64,000 nucleotides of DNA from Octopus vulgaris (Eukaryota). The translations under genes and the position numbers were made by a program. The DNA is taken from assembly GCA_951406725.2 (NCBI GenBank), contig OX597819.1, positions 30,442,001 to 30,506,000 on the forward strand, given 5' to 3'. Shown here piece by piece: positions 1 through 11,741 of the stretch; the first letter of the stretch is position 1, and every line of letters begins with the position of its first letter. The notes beneath the pieces were generated by a model, which saw nothing but the letters and a program-made list of their open reading frames with translations, searched no databases and was not told the DNA's origin.

Positions 1-201
1 CTAAACATAGAGGGGACAAACAAGGACAGACAAAGGAATTAAGTCGATTACATCGACCCCAGTGCGTAACTGGTACTTAATTTATCGACCCCGAAAGGAT
101 GAAAGGCAAAGTCGACCTCAGCGGAATTTGAACTCACAACGTAGCGACAGACGAAATACAGCTACGCATTTCACCCGGCGTGCTAACGTTTCTGCCAGCT
201 C
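1..201 (-). mobile_element. tRNA-derived SINE family A (GGCGAGCTGGCAGAAACGTTAGC head)
   Basis: Near-identical to many copies in the window. B-box-like GAGTTCAAATTC, central GCCTTTCATCCTTTCGGGGTCGATAAA. Confidence 0.85.
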
Positions 202-780
202 AAGGCATTTATATAGTTTGGATGGTTTATCTCTAGAAAAGCAAACCAATCCAACTAGTTTCTGATCTTGTAAAATTTTCTTCAGGAAAAAAGAATGAAC
301 ATTCCTGTCCACATTTGTGGCCAATAGCTATTTGTACCGAATACAGCTGGTCTAAAAATTCTGCGTAGTGCACTATTAATTTATCCACATCGCTCAAGCT
401 TGACTGTTATGCAAATTCCACCAGTTCAAATGCCCTAGTTGGTGTACTCCAACTTCTTTGTAATATGAATTTGATTCACAATTTCTATTGTTTTTTTTCA
501 CATTATCTTGTGTAGGTTGAACTGTGTAAAATGCTAGGGAAAGAAACCTAGCTGTTTCTTGCATTACATACAACTAAAGCAAGAGTTTTTTTCATGGACT
601 CTTATAATACTATTGTGGGTCCCCAATTTACTATTTCGCTGCGTGAACCTCCAAAAGAGCTGTAAATCTTTGTGAACAGAAAAATACATGTTCTTTATCT
701 GAACGTTTTCTTTCTCAATTTTTCTTTCCATAGATACATTTGTACTGTAACCACTTTTTTACTTTTCATGGCGAAACAAA
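202..780 (-). pseudogene. Possible highly decayed P-element/THAP9-like transposase remnant
   Basis: Broken minus-strand peptides IVNQIHITKKLEYTN and FFLKKILQDQKLVGLVCFS loosely resemble P-type transposases. Many stops and frameshifts. Confidence 0.25.
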
Positions 781-2594
781 ATTGTATGGTGTGTATATGT
801 ATATAGTATGTATGTAAAGAGGGTGTGCATTTATTTCAAACTATCTCCCCATAGCGCTATGTAGCACACTATTATAAATATAAACTCTCTGTAAACGCTT
901 CTACTATTGCTACCAGCGTAAGTTTCTTGAAAACTATTTATGGTATTAGAAATTTTTGACAACTATACAGTAATCTTTAAAAAATTATATTGGAATCAAG
1001 TCGTTTGTGCTGGTGTAATATATCGCAAATGTGATAGGACTGTGCCATGTTGGAGAGAGAAGCAAGCTAAGATATATTTTACTAACAGGTAAGTAGTTTT
1101 TCAGACACTTGGAAATCTACCAGTTAAAAGGATTTTATGAGAATTAGGTAAAATGACACCTGAATAAACAAACATTCAAAGCTTGCGTTTATACTCTGTG
1201 TGTGCTTGTAATAATATATATGTGTGTGTGTGTGTGTGTGTATAAGGTATGTACCTGAGTTTGTAATATTAAGTGTATTATATACATATGTAGGTGGTGT
1301 GTGTTAGTAATGTATAATATATACATACAATAATGTGTGTGTCGCTGATTAATAAGGTAAGTTATGATGCACCGTAAGTATGAGGATATGATAGTGATGT
1401 TAGTCATACGCGTTTATCTAAATATAGTATTCATCAAATGCTTAGTCTTGGATCAAATAACCATGTCCTCTGTTTTGTTGTTTTCAAGAAACTTTTTTTA
1501 TTTTATTTTTTTGCATGATTTTCGCATCTTAACCAAGTTCCTGTCGAAAAATACCCCCCCCCTCCCCATCTACGCTAATTGTACAAATTAAGTTTCTGTA
1601 TCCGGGCGCATTCGTGTGTATGTGTGTAATGCATATCTTTATCTAACTGGGAGAGGCGAATTCGCAGAGTCAGTAGAGCGTAGGAGGAAATGTTCAGTAT
1701 TTGCCCCAAAGTTCAAATCCCGATGTGGTCAGTTTTGCCTTTCATTCCTTTCTGGGGGTAGATAAAAAAAAATAGCAGTCAAGGGCGGTGGATAGGCAGA
1801 ATTATTAACACATTGAACGACTTGTATTTTTGTTTTGGTACTTTGAGTTTTTGGGTAGTAGACAAAATTCATGGGCCAGTTTAACACAATCACCCGGTCC
1901 TTAGGTTTCCTTTGGCAGAATTTATTCTGTTGCAAGCATTCCCCCCGTCAGTCTCGGGGATTCTGAGAAAAATAAAGGATCACATCACGGTGGTGGTGGT
2001 AACGAAATGGACATATAAAGCTGCTCTCACATTTTTGACAATTTAGAGATTGGGAAGGGGTCTATCTTCCTGACTATATGGTTGAACACACTTGGGTTGC
2101 TGACGATGTTGCTGGTAACTCTAGGTTAATCCTAACTGAGCAGACCTATAATTAAAAGTATTCCAGTCGTGACCACTCGGTATTGTTAAAGCTATGCAGG
2201 ACTACATTATTTAAATGTCTTTACTTAAGACGTGTGTAATTTAAAGGAACTTAACGAGCCAGAAATAGCAGTCACAATGGCTGCTACTTCTAGCTCGTTA
2301 AGCGACCACGTTGAGGCTCTTTCGTTGGCTTACATTTGAGTAGACTGAACAGGATTTCAAAGATATACGTATGAGTGGTTTCTAGTTGCTTACACTAAGG
2401 CTCGTACTAGGACTTAAATCCATCGGGCCTAGCTAAAGGAATAATAAACAATTACTTAATCCTATAACCCGCCAACTCAGCTGTTACTTTAAACAAATGG
2501 ATGTAAATTTCTTTATCAATTACAAGAAAATTATTTCTAAACAATAGTATAAGATTACACATTTTGAATATAGTCAATTACCTCAACCCTAGGG

Positions 2595-2856
2595 CTGCGT
2601 GTTGTGTTCTTGAGCAAGACACTTTATTTCACGTTGCTCCAGTTCACTCAGGTGTAGAAATGAGTTGCGACGTCACTGGTACCAAGCTGTATCGGCCTTT
2701 GCCTTTCCCTTGGATAACACTGATGGCGTGGAGAGGGGAGGCCGGTATGCATGGGCGACTGCTGGTCTTCCATAAACAACCTTGCCCAGACTTGTGCCTC
2801 AGAGGGTAACTCTCTAGGTGCAAACCCATGGTTAGTGTCTGACCGAAGGGGGTCTT
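2595..2856 (+). mobile_element. SINE family C, 5'-truncated, tail type 3
   Basis: Core TGTTCTTGAGCAAGACACTTTATTTCACGTTGCTCCAG. Tail shared with 62720-63006. Confidence 0.75.
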
Positions 2857-3193
2857 TAGTATATGACTAGTATTTACTTTATCAACTTTGAACGATGAAA
2901 GGCAAAGTTAGTCTTTAACTCAGAACTTGAGACCAAACAAATACTGCTGTACCGATTTTTCTAACCACGTCCTTTTATGCATATAACACTAAATATCACG
3001 CTTTGGAGTTAGGGAGAGAGGAAGTGAGAGCATAGGTGTCTTCAGCAGAGAATGCTTTATTTCTCCTTTCTACTAACACTGGTGTAGTGGATGGATAAAT
3101 GTATAAGATAGGAGAGAAACAGCTGTGAAGTCACAGGTTTGTATCTTGTAAACAGCACTTAATTTTGAAATGGTAAAAAGGCTAGAGAAAACC

Positions 3194-3413
3194 TATTTCT
3201 TTACTACCCACAAGGTAGTACTAAACACAGAGAGGACAAACAGATTAAGTCGATTACATCGACCTCAGTGCGTAACTGGTACTTAATTTATCGACCCCGA
3301 AAGGATGAAAAGCAAAGTCGACCTCGGCGGAATTTGAACTCACAACGTAACGGCAGACGAAATACGGCTACGCATTTCGCCCAGCGTGCTAACGTTTCTG
3401 CCAGCTCGCCGCC
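3194..3413 (-). mobile_element. SINE family A, full length, with TSD
   Basis: TAGAGAAAACC is duplicated on both flanks. Confidence 0.88.
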
Positions 3414-4429
3414 TAGAGAAAACCAAAAGGTGAAGGGCAGTGCTACATAATGGGGTGATCAAAGAAATTTTAAATAATTGAAACTTTTCCAGTAATGGGA
3501 AGAAATATTTATCTTAATGGTTAATTCAGCTCAAGAAAGACGGAAGAAATAACTTAAAATTTAAGTCAATTAAAACTAGAATGTGGACCACGCAACAGGA
3601 GAGGAGTCTGGTTTTGGCAGTATAGTAACAACTTTGGATATGGTTCGGTTTTATGAAACTGCTCGATGAATAGATATACTGTAAGATAGAAATTACTAGT
3701 TGCTGTCAGCAGCAGAAACACTGTGATATTGAGTGCCTTGTTAAGCCTTTCATCCCTTTCTGGGGTCAATAAAAATAGCAATCGAGTACGGTGGATTGGC
3801 AGAATTATGCCCCGGTATTTTTAAAGCTATGCAGGGCTATATTATCTAATGTCTTTACTCAAAACGGATGAGTTTAATTTAAAGGAGCTTTTCCCCAAGC
3901 GGAGTTATCTCTATAGATATTTGTAAATAAAACAATTTACCTAGCCGTGAGGGAAGGAATAGATTTGACGTTTCGGGAAAAGTTGTTCGCCATAGAAGGC
4001 TTATAATGTTTTAGACATGGCTCTAAATCGGATTTCTCCTCTTCCTCACTACATACTTATTTTCACCATTTCTGTAAACTGATGGTATTTGCCTACATAG
4101 ACCTCAACCAAGGTCTTTCAGTTCTTCTATATTACTTCATATACAATACACTATACGGACACTGAGTTTCATTTGTTGAACCGTCTAGTACAATGTCCGT
4201 TGGATATTCTACTTTGTAGTTCCTTATATTCATTTATACTTCCGTCGATAAAGATCATTTTTTGTTACTGACGATGAATCTTTAGCCTTTTTTCTTTCTT
4301 TTTTTTTTTTTGTATTTTTTTCTTTTTGCTGTGTAATCTCCAGAGTTGTTTCACTTCAGGCTAGTTTCGATCAAGTTGACACATGATCAAAGGTTTTCTA
4401 GCCAAGTCGGCAGTAACTTTATTCAGCTG

Positions 4430-4626
4430 AATACACGTCATTGATTGGTTGAAATTACCGAAAAACTACAACTTTAACGTGAAATAACTTCGTAACTATC
4501 AGTTTTTCTCAAATGCTAAGAGTAAAAGATGTTTTATATGATACATTCTACCAGTGTCCGAAGTTTGAAAGTGTTTAGTTACAAAAAAATTATTTTAAAA
4601 ATCTGTTGGTCAAAAGGTAAAGATCC
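4430..4626 (+). mobile_element. Diverged relative of the GGATC-TIR MITE (one arm only)
   Basis: Homologous to the MITE right half (GATTGGTTGAAATT...CATTCTACCAGT) and ends GGTCAAAAGGTAAAGATCC. Confidence 0.6.
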
Positions 4627-4704
4627 CTGCTCATACCTAAATTCTAAGAACCGTATTTCGTGAAAGATTTCTCTTTGACGAAAGTTTAGAACTCAAATAT
4701 GGGC

Positions 4705-4814
4705 AGTAATTTCAACAAATGGGAAACTAACAATTATACCTATTAGGGCAACATGAGCAACCAAAGTAATTTCAACCAATGGGAAACTAACAATTATACC
4801 TATTCGGGCAACAT
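4705..4814. repeat. Two-copy tandem duplication, period about 60 bp
   Basis: AGTAATTTCAAC(A/C)AATGGGAAACTAACAATTATACCTATT(A/C)GGGCAACAT occurs twice. Confidence 0.85.
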
Positions 4815-5029
4815 CATATTATCGCCAATAAAGGTTTATTATGACTTGCGTCGCTATAATAGTTTATGACTAATATTCTCTTCTGCTATAGGCACAAGGC
4901 TTAAAACTTTGGGCAAAGGCTAGACGGTTATATCGACCCCAATGCAGAATTTGAACTCAGAATGTAAAGAAAGACGAAATGCTGCTAAGCATTTTGTGCG
5001 GCATTCGCATGCAAACGATTCTCCCAGCT

Positions 5030-5256
5030 CGAGCTGGCAGAAACGTTAGCACGCCCGGCGATATGCGTAGCCGTATTTCGTCTGCCGCTACGTTCTGAGT
5101 TCAAATTCCGCCGGGGTTGACTTTGCCTTTCATCCTTTCGGGGTCGATAAATTAAGTACCAGTTACCCACTGGGGTCGATATAATCGACTTAATCCGTTT
5201 TTCTGTCCTTGTTAGTCCTCTCTGTGTTTAACCCCTTGTGGGTAGTAAAGAAATAG
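5030..5256 (+). mobile_element. Young SINE A inserted into an older, opposite-strand SINE A (about 4880-5276)
   Basis: GATTCTCCCAGCTC is duplicated at about 5017 and 5256. Confidence 0.85.
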
Positions 5257-5302
5257 ATTCTCCCAGCTCGTCGCCTAATTTAAAACTAATATTTGATGGA
5301 AT

Positions 5303-5720
5303 GGATCTTTTCGGTTTGAACGGCAGTTTTTTCTAGCGGTGTCATATGAAATTGTCACCCATAATTATGACCCTAGTATCGATCTATTGCATTTCAATCT
5401 GTTTTAGGGTTAGGAGTGGGAGGAAGGGTATCTTTTTTTCTTCACAAATGTAAATAAACCCAATCTGTTTCTTAAACGAGGGACATATTCATACGGCACA
5501 GAATGTTTTTTTTTTTTTACCTCAATAGATGTCACTGATTGGTTGAAATTGCAGAAATTGAAAAAAAAAAACTACAAATATCTTACAAACTATAGAATTT
5601 TCTCAATAAAGCCAAGAGAAAAAGATGTTTTATAAACACATTCTACCAATATACAAAGTTTAAAATATTTTAATTATCTAGAAATTATGTTAAAAACTGC
5701 CGTTCAAACCGAAAAGATCC
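5303..5720 (+). mobile_element. Merlin-like MITE, copy 1
   Basis: TIR GGATCTTTTCGGTTTGAACGGCAGTTTTT at both ends. Perfect 8-bp TSD GATGGAAT. Internal TTAGGG units. Confidence 0.9.
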
Positions 5721-6274
5721 GATGGAATATTTAATATTTATGAAGGGATTTCGAACCTAATCATCTACTCCTTTCTCAGTGACGCAAAATAAATTTTTCC
5801 CTCTTCAAGAGTTGATAAATGATTAACTGCAATAGTAGTCGATTCGTTATACAGCTTTTACGCATTAAGGCGATCATATCTACATCGCTCGCAGAAGCTC
5901 CCACATTTTGTAAACACATCTGATTGTAATCAAATTTGTTCTTGTTTTGATTTAAGGCATAGAAACGTCTCTTTCTGATGGTATGGAATTTATGTCGGCG
6001 TCGGGTTGATACAGTCAACAGTTGCCAATGTGGCGTGTTCTGTTGTGGGAAAAGTGAAAATTGTGTAGTTAAGCGTCGACATCGCTAAAGTATAATATAC
6101 TAGCATTAAAGATCCGTCGTTGCCGGGTCATAGTGCTAGTGCATGTATATATGTGTATATATATGTGTACATATTACATGTACATCTATATATATATATC
6201 TACACATAAAATACAAAATACAAAGTTATGTCTTGATATCGCTAGTGATAACAATACTCAAAATATATAACAGA

Positions 6275-7277
6275 CTAGAATTGTTAGCCCGTGTCTTATA
6301 ATTTCGATCAATTGTATCTTGTCTTCCCTCTTGTATAGAAGTGTGGCTACAATCCAGCCTACCTCTACTTCGGGGTGGGGTGGGGGGCATTTTAATTTTT
6401 TTTCCGGGACGTCCTACGTCCCAGATATAAAGGTAAAATTTAAATATTTCTACTTTGCAAGTTCGAGTCAAGTACTCCCTTGCACGCTCCATTGACTCGA
6501 ACCTTGCTTCTATTGTGGCGAATTTACCGCCTCTGATTAGATACCTTTCATAGTCGCACCAAGACACTTTTCGAAGGTGCTTTCCTCCATGTGTTCAAAT
6601 CTTTTTTCTCTACATTGTATACTTTATAGACAATAGTCTTTTCTTTAATTTAATTTTTTATTATCCATCTGGACTATTCCATTTCTGCACGCTAATTTTA
6701 TTTTTAATTTATTCCCATTCATGTGAAACCACTTATTCAAGTTCAAATCATTGATGCAATTTTATACCAATTGCTATTTTTACTTTTGTCATGTTACGAT
6801 TATATTATAATTTAGTTTGATTTTAATTATTACTTACTATATATAATTCAATTGTTATTATCATTTTTATTGTTAAAGTGAAAGTATCTGACATAAAATA
6901 GAGAAACGTTTTTGTTTCACTTTTAACACGTAATACGGAAATAATGGAGAAGATATGATATTGCTATGGGCTCGCTCTAGGCAAGAAGTTGAACATTTTT
7001 TTGCCCATGAAACTACATGGACCCTAAGTAAGGCATGTGTAAAATTTGAATGGAATTGGTTGTTTAGTTCTCAAGTTTTAGGGAATCGTAGTGGAGAAGA
7101 TATGATATTGCTGTGGGCTCGCCCTAGGCAAAAAGTAAAAAAAAAGTTTTTGCTGATGACACTCCCCGGACCCTAAGTAAGGCATGTGTAAAATTTGAAT
7201 GAAATTGGTTGTGTAGTTCTCAAGTTTTAGGGAAACACACAGACAGACACACATTCTCAGTTTTATATATATAAAGA
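6275..7277 (-). mobile_element. Non-autonomous Helitron-like element with an internal ~148-bp tandem duplication
   Basis: Minus strand begins A|TCTTTATATATATAAAAC and ends CTAG|T. Duplicated unit TGGAGAAGATATGATATTGCT...AGTTTTAGGGAA at about 6944-7085 and 7092-7234. Confidence 0.6.
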
Positions 7278-7611
7278 TTATTAGCTGCAAGCCTTTTTTC
7301 AGTCACCGAAAGTCATCATTGTTGATAGTTTGTATAAACACCAGGTTACAATTGTTGGTGAGGGTAGATGAAACGTCGGGGTTACCAATGTTGGTAATAT
7401 GTTAGGTGAGGTGGTTGCTATAGTAGAACTGCTTTGTGAAAGTTGAACGTCGCGGATCACTAATGTGGAGAAAATGTTGAATGGGTATCGACATATTGGT
7501 ATGATGTTACTTATTTCTTTATTGCTCACAAGGGGATAAACAAGGACAGACATAGGTATTAAGTCGATTACATCGACCCCAGTGCGTAACTGGTACTTAA
7601 TTTATCAAACC

Positions 7612-7922
7612 GTAACCCTATTATCTCCCCTAATTTCGCTCTTGCGTCTCACGTTTGATCTTTGACTTCTGGCCGAAATCAGATCGCCATGTTGATTCGC
7701 TAGCCTCTGCACGCATATTTTTTTCTCTCCTTCTTTCTGTGTTTTTTCTCTGTGTATCTTTCTGTTGAAGAGCGTAGGCTCGAAACGTTAAAGACTTGTT
7801 TTATTTATATTTCCTGAGCGCCATACTAATACAATTGTTTGGTTGTATTCCACCTGCCATCGTCTTTTGTTTATTTCCGTAAACCTGCCTTCGTCTTTTG
7901 TCTATTTTCATAAAGCTTCCCG

Positions 7923-7925
<3 letters not shown>
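7612..7925 (+). mobile_element. Penelope-like element terminal-repeat remnant with a degenerate hammerhead-like core
   Basis: CTGTTGAA-GAGC(GTAG)GCTC-GAAAC at 7762-7786, followed by a (TA)n tract. It appears to sit between two SINE A fragments. Confidence 0.5.
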
Positions 7926-7978
<53 letters not shown>

Positions 7979-8165
7979 TTAGCCGTATTTCGTCTGTCGT
8001 TACGTTCAGAGTTCAAATTCCGCCGAGGTCGACTTTGCCTTTCATCCTTTCGGGGTCGATAAATTAAGTACCAGTTACGCACTGGGTGTCGAGGTAATCG
8101 ACTTAATCCCTTTGTCTGTCCTTGTTTGTCCCCTCTGTGTTTAGCCCCTTGTGGGTAGTAAAGAA

Positions 8166-8196
<31 letters not shown>

Positions 8197-8264
8197 TGTA
8201 TGTATGTATGTATGTATGTATGTATATATGCATACACGCGCGCGCGCACACACACACACATACA

Positions 8265-8300
<36 letters not shown>
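7924..8300. repeat. (TA)n, partial SINE A (7976-8167), (TATG)n and (CA)n microsatellites
   Basis: Directly visible in the sequence. Confidence 0.9.
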
Positions 8301-8301
<1 letters not shown>

Positions 8302-8778
8302 CGGCTTTATTTTACATCTACCAAATTCACTGACAAGGCTTTGGTTGACCCGAGGCTATAGCAGAAGACACTTGCCCAAGATGCCACGCTGTGGGACTGA
8401 ACCCGGAACCATGTATTTGGGAGGTTTCAGTTGTAGGACTGCAGCCATAGTGGAGTACCACTTTAATTTATTTTCTATCAGCTTTATTGTTACTTTATGG
8501 CTGGAAGTTGGACTGTGATTTAGTTGGGAATAGCTGAACTCCCCTAAGTGCATCATTGAATGGCTGACTAGTCCGGTATTATTGTTAGGAGTTTAGCCAA
8601 TGTTTTTTGTTTAATGTTTCACTAAAGGTCCCATTTATATTTCTGATTACTTCAGGCAGGCAGTTGAACAGTTTGAGGACCTCTTAATATCAGACTGGTA
8701 CAATAAAGTGCTTTCGCTTGTGATTTCGAAGGTGGTATATTTGGAAGCCGACAGTGTCTAACAGTTTGTGCATTAAAA

Positions 8779-9155
8779 TCTATATATATACAAAGCTGAA
8801 GTTGTCTGTGTGTGGCAGGTTTGGTAGCCTTCAACTAACACTATCTCCTCCGAGACCCTGCGGTGCAAGTTGACCAAAATTGAGAGTATGATAGAAGGCT
8901 TGCTCTTCCTTCCGTAGAAGAAAAAATTCAAATCGGATCATATTAACACCATCAAAAAGGTGCTTTTTTTTTTATGAAAATCCCTATTTTTAACGATTTT
9001 TTGACTGCTGTGTCGCCATTTTTTGGTGTATTTCAACCAGAAAAATGTTCGCTTAAAGAGAATAACAAGCTACATAATGCAAAAGTTTTACTTTTCAAAA
9101 ATTCCAATTCTAAAGGGTCTAAACAAACCCGAGCAACGACGGGCGATACTGCTAG
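8779..9155 (+). mobile_element. Non-autonomous Helitron inserted in the CR1 LINE
   Basis: A|TCTATATATA at the 5' end, CCCG...CGGG hairpin at 9128-9143, CTAG|T at the 3' end, no TSD. Confidence 0.8.
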
Positions 9156-9462
9156 TTCTCTCTAATATTGAAGTTTGGAACAGGATTTTCCATACGTATG
9201 TGACAGTATATCTCTCTCTCTTCAGCATTCAAGATAGTAAAGACGCAACGTTTTAAAATATTCCCAGTAGCTAAGTCTTTTAACCAAAGGTATTTTACTG
9301 GTGAACGTCCTTTGTAACCTTTTAATGAGACTGGATGAGTTAGGAGACCGAAGCTGTGAGCAATAATCTAACCTGTTCAGAACTCAGATTTTCCATAGAG
9401 TAAGCCTAACTACTGGTTCTCTTGTCACAAAGGTTTGTAGGATCCATCCTATGAGATGTCTG

Positions 9463-9896
9463 GGATCTTTTCGGTTTGAACGGCAGTTTTTAACATAATT
9501 TCTAGGTAACTAAACACTTTTAAACTTCGTATACTGTTAGAATGTGTTTATAAAACATCTTTTTCTCTTGGCTTTATTGAGAAAATTCTATAGTTTGAAA
9601 GATATTTGTTGTGTTTTTTTTCCTTCAATTTCTGCAATTTCAACCAATCACTGACGTCTATTGAGGTAAAAAAAAACATTCTGTGCCGTATGAATATGTC
9701 CCTCGTTTAAGAAACAGATTGGGTTTATTTACATTTGTGAAGAAAAAAGATAACCTTCCCCCCACCCATAACCGTAACCCTAACCCTAACCCTAAAACAG
9801 ATTGAAATGCAATAGATCGATACTAGGGTCATAATTATGGGTGACAATGTCATATGACACCGCTAGAAAAAACTGCCGTTCAAACCGAAAAGATCA
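9463..9896 (-). mobile_element. Merlin-like MITE, copy 2 (inverted orientation)
   Basis: Same TIRs, TSD GATGTCTG, internal (CCCTAA)n. Confidence 0.9.
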
Positions 9897-11309
9897 GATG
9901 TCTGCATTCAGAGGTCAGTTTGGTGATGTGGCTAATGAAAGATGCATCATTTGACATGATTACTTCTAAATCCCATATGTCATTAGCGCTCTGAATCAGT
10001 CTGGTGTCAAATATTGTGATTTGTATATATTCCCTCTGTAACGAGCGACCTGAAATTTTGATGTATTAAATTTCATATTGTTTTAATCCACCTATTGATG
10101 GATGAGGTTTAGCTCATTTTTGGAGTGTGACAGTATCTTCTGGAGTTTGGATAGCCATGGATATTTTTGCATCATCGGCGTAACTTGTTATTTCGGATGA
10201 GTGCACTTGTAATAAGTTGATGATAAATAATTATAGTCCGAGAACAGTTCTCTGAGGTATACCACTTATTACAGGAGACTTTCAGAGCGAAAAGCATTTC
10301 CAGCAACAGATTGGCTCCTACCATGTAGGAAGTCAAAGAGCCATTCTCTGAGTTTTTCTGAGATACCAAGATTCCTTAACTTGTGACAAATGATTCCATG
10401 AACAATATCATCGAACGCCTTAACAAAATCAAGGTATATACAGTCAATGTCCTTTCCTCTCAAGAGATTATTAAGAATAGTGTTACGGTGCTAGTTGTGA
10501 AATAGGTAATACGGTAGCAGTTGTGAAAGGCAACTTCCGCCAGTTCAGAAACCATGTTGTATACCATCTATGAGGTTGTTTTCTACAAGGCATGGACTAA
10601 TTCTATTTCAGACAATGCGTTTGTTAATTTTAGATGTGAGAAGTGTGAGTGAAACAGGTCTGTAGCTTTCACCTTCAGTCTCACTACCTTCCTTTGTGTA
10701 TTACTACATTCAGTCTCACTATCTTCCGTTGTGTAGGTATTACTATTGTGTCTTTTGATAGTTCTGGGTATTCGCCGGTATCTAGCGACTTTTGAAATAG
10801 TATTTTTAAATGGTTTCACGAGGCTGTTTTTGAACGTTTTTAGTAGTATGGCTGGGAATCCATCTAGTCCAGATGCCAAGGTTTGAATCTCAGTCATTAG
10901 CTGTAAGTTGAGTTCTGAGGATCAAAGAATTCTGGCTCTTATGTTATTTTATTAACTATAGGTTGGGAAGATGCACAGTCATAACGTTGACTCAAGAATG
11001 TGCATATTTGTGATGAATCATTAGTATATGGTAAATTTTGATCCATTAGATAGCCAATCTGGTTATGCGTAGCTGATTTTTCTTTAGCAAAGGGGAATTA
11101 TTAATGAACTTAGATATAAATTTTATGTTTTACACTGCTCGTTGTTCTCTTAGTGAAGCTTCTTTTTCATGAGATAGTTTTAGGTTCTTTTTTCTTTTCT
11201 CAATCTCAATTGCTGAGAGAGTTTGGTTTTATAGTTGCTGGTTTGATTATGTTACACATTGGTATCCGTCTATCTCACGGAATCAAGTACTTTCAGGAAT
11301 AGGCATTCT

Positions 11310-11741
11310 GGATCTTTTCGGTTTGAACGGCAGTTTTTTCTAGCGGTGTCACATGAAATTGTCATCCATAATTATGACCCTAGTATCGATCTATTGCATT
11401 TCAATCTGTTTTAGGGTTAGGGTTGGTTAGGGTTAGGGTTAGGGGTGGGGGGAAGGGTATCTTTTTTTCTTCACAAATGTAAATAAACCCAATCTGTTTC
11501 TTAAACGAGGGAATATTCATACGGCACAGAATGCTTTTTAACTCAATAGACGTCAGTGATTAGTTGAAATTGCAGAAATTGAAGAAAAAAAACAACAAAT
11601 ATCTTACAAACTATAGAATTGTTTCAGTAAAGCCAAGAGAAAAAGATATTTTATAAATACATTCTATCAGTATACGAAGTTTAAATTTTTTTAGTTACCT
11701 AGAAATTATGTTAAAAACTGCATTTCAAACCGAAAAGATCC
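11310..11741 (+). mobile_element. Merlin-like MITE, copy 3
   Basis: Same TIRs, TSD GGCATTCT/GGCGTTCT, internal (TTAGGG)n. Confidence 0.9.

Noticed and set aside
1040-1096. Plus-strand donor-like CAG|GTAAGT suggesting an exon of a second gene
   Set aside because: No convincing upstream acceptor, open frame or partner exons were found.
11411-11445. TTAGGG tracts as a true telomere or chromosome-fusion scar
   Set aside because: They are short and, apart from a two-unit match near 63050, sit at a fixed position inside a TIR/TSD-bounded MITE.
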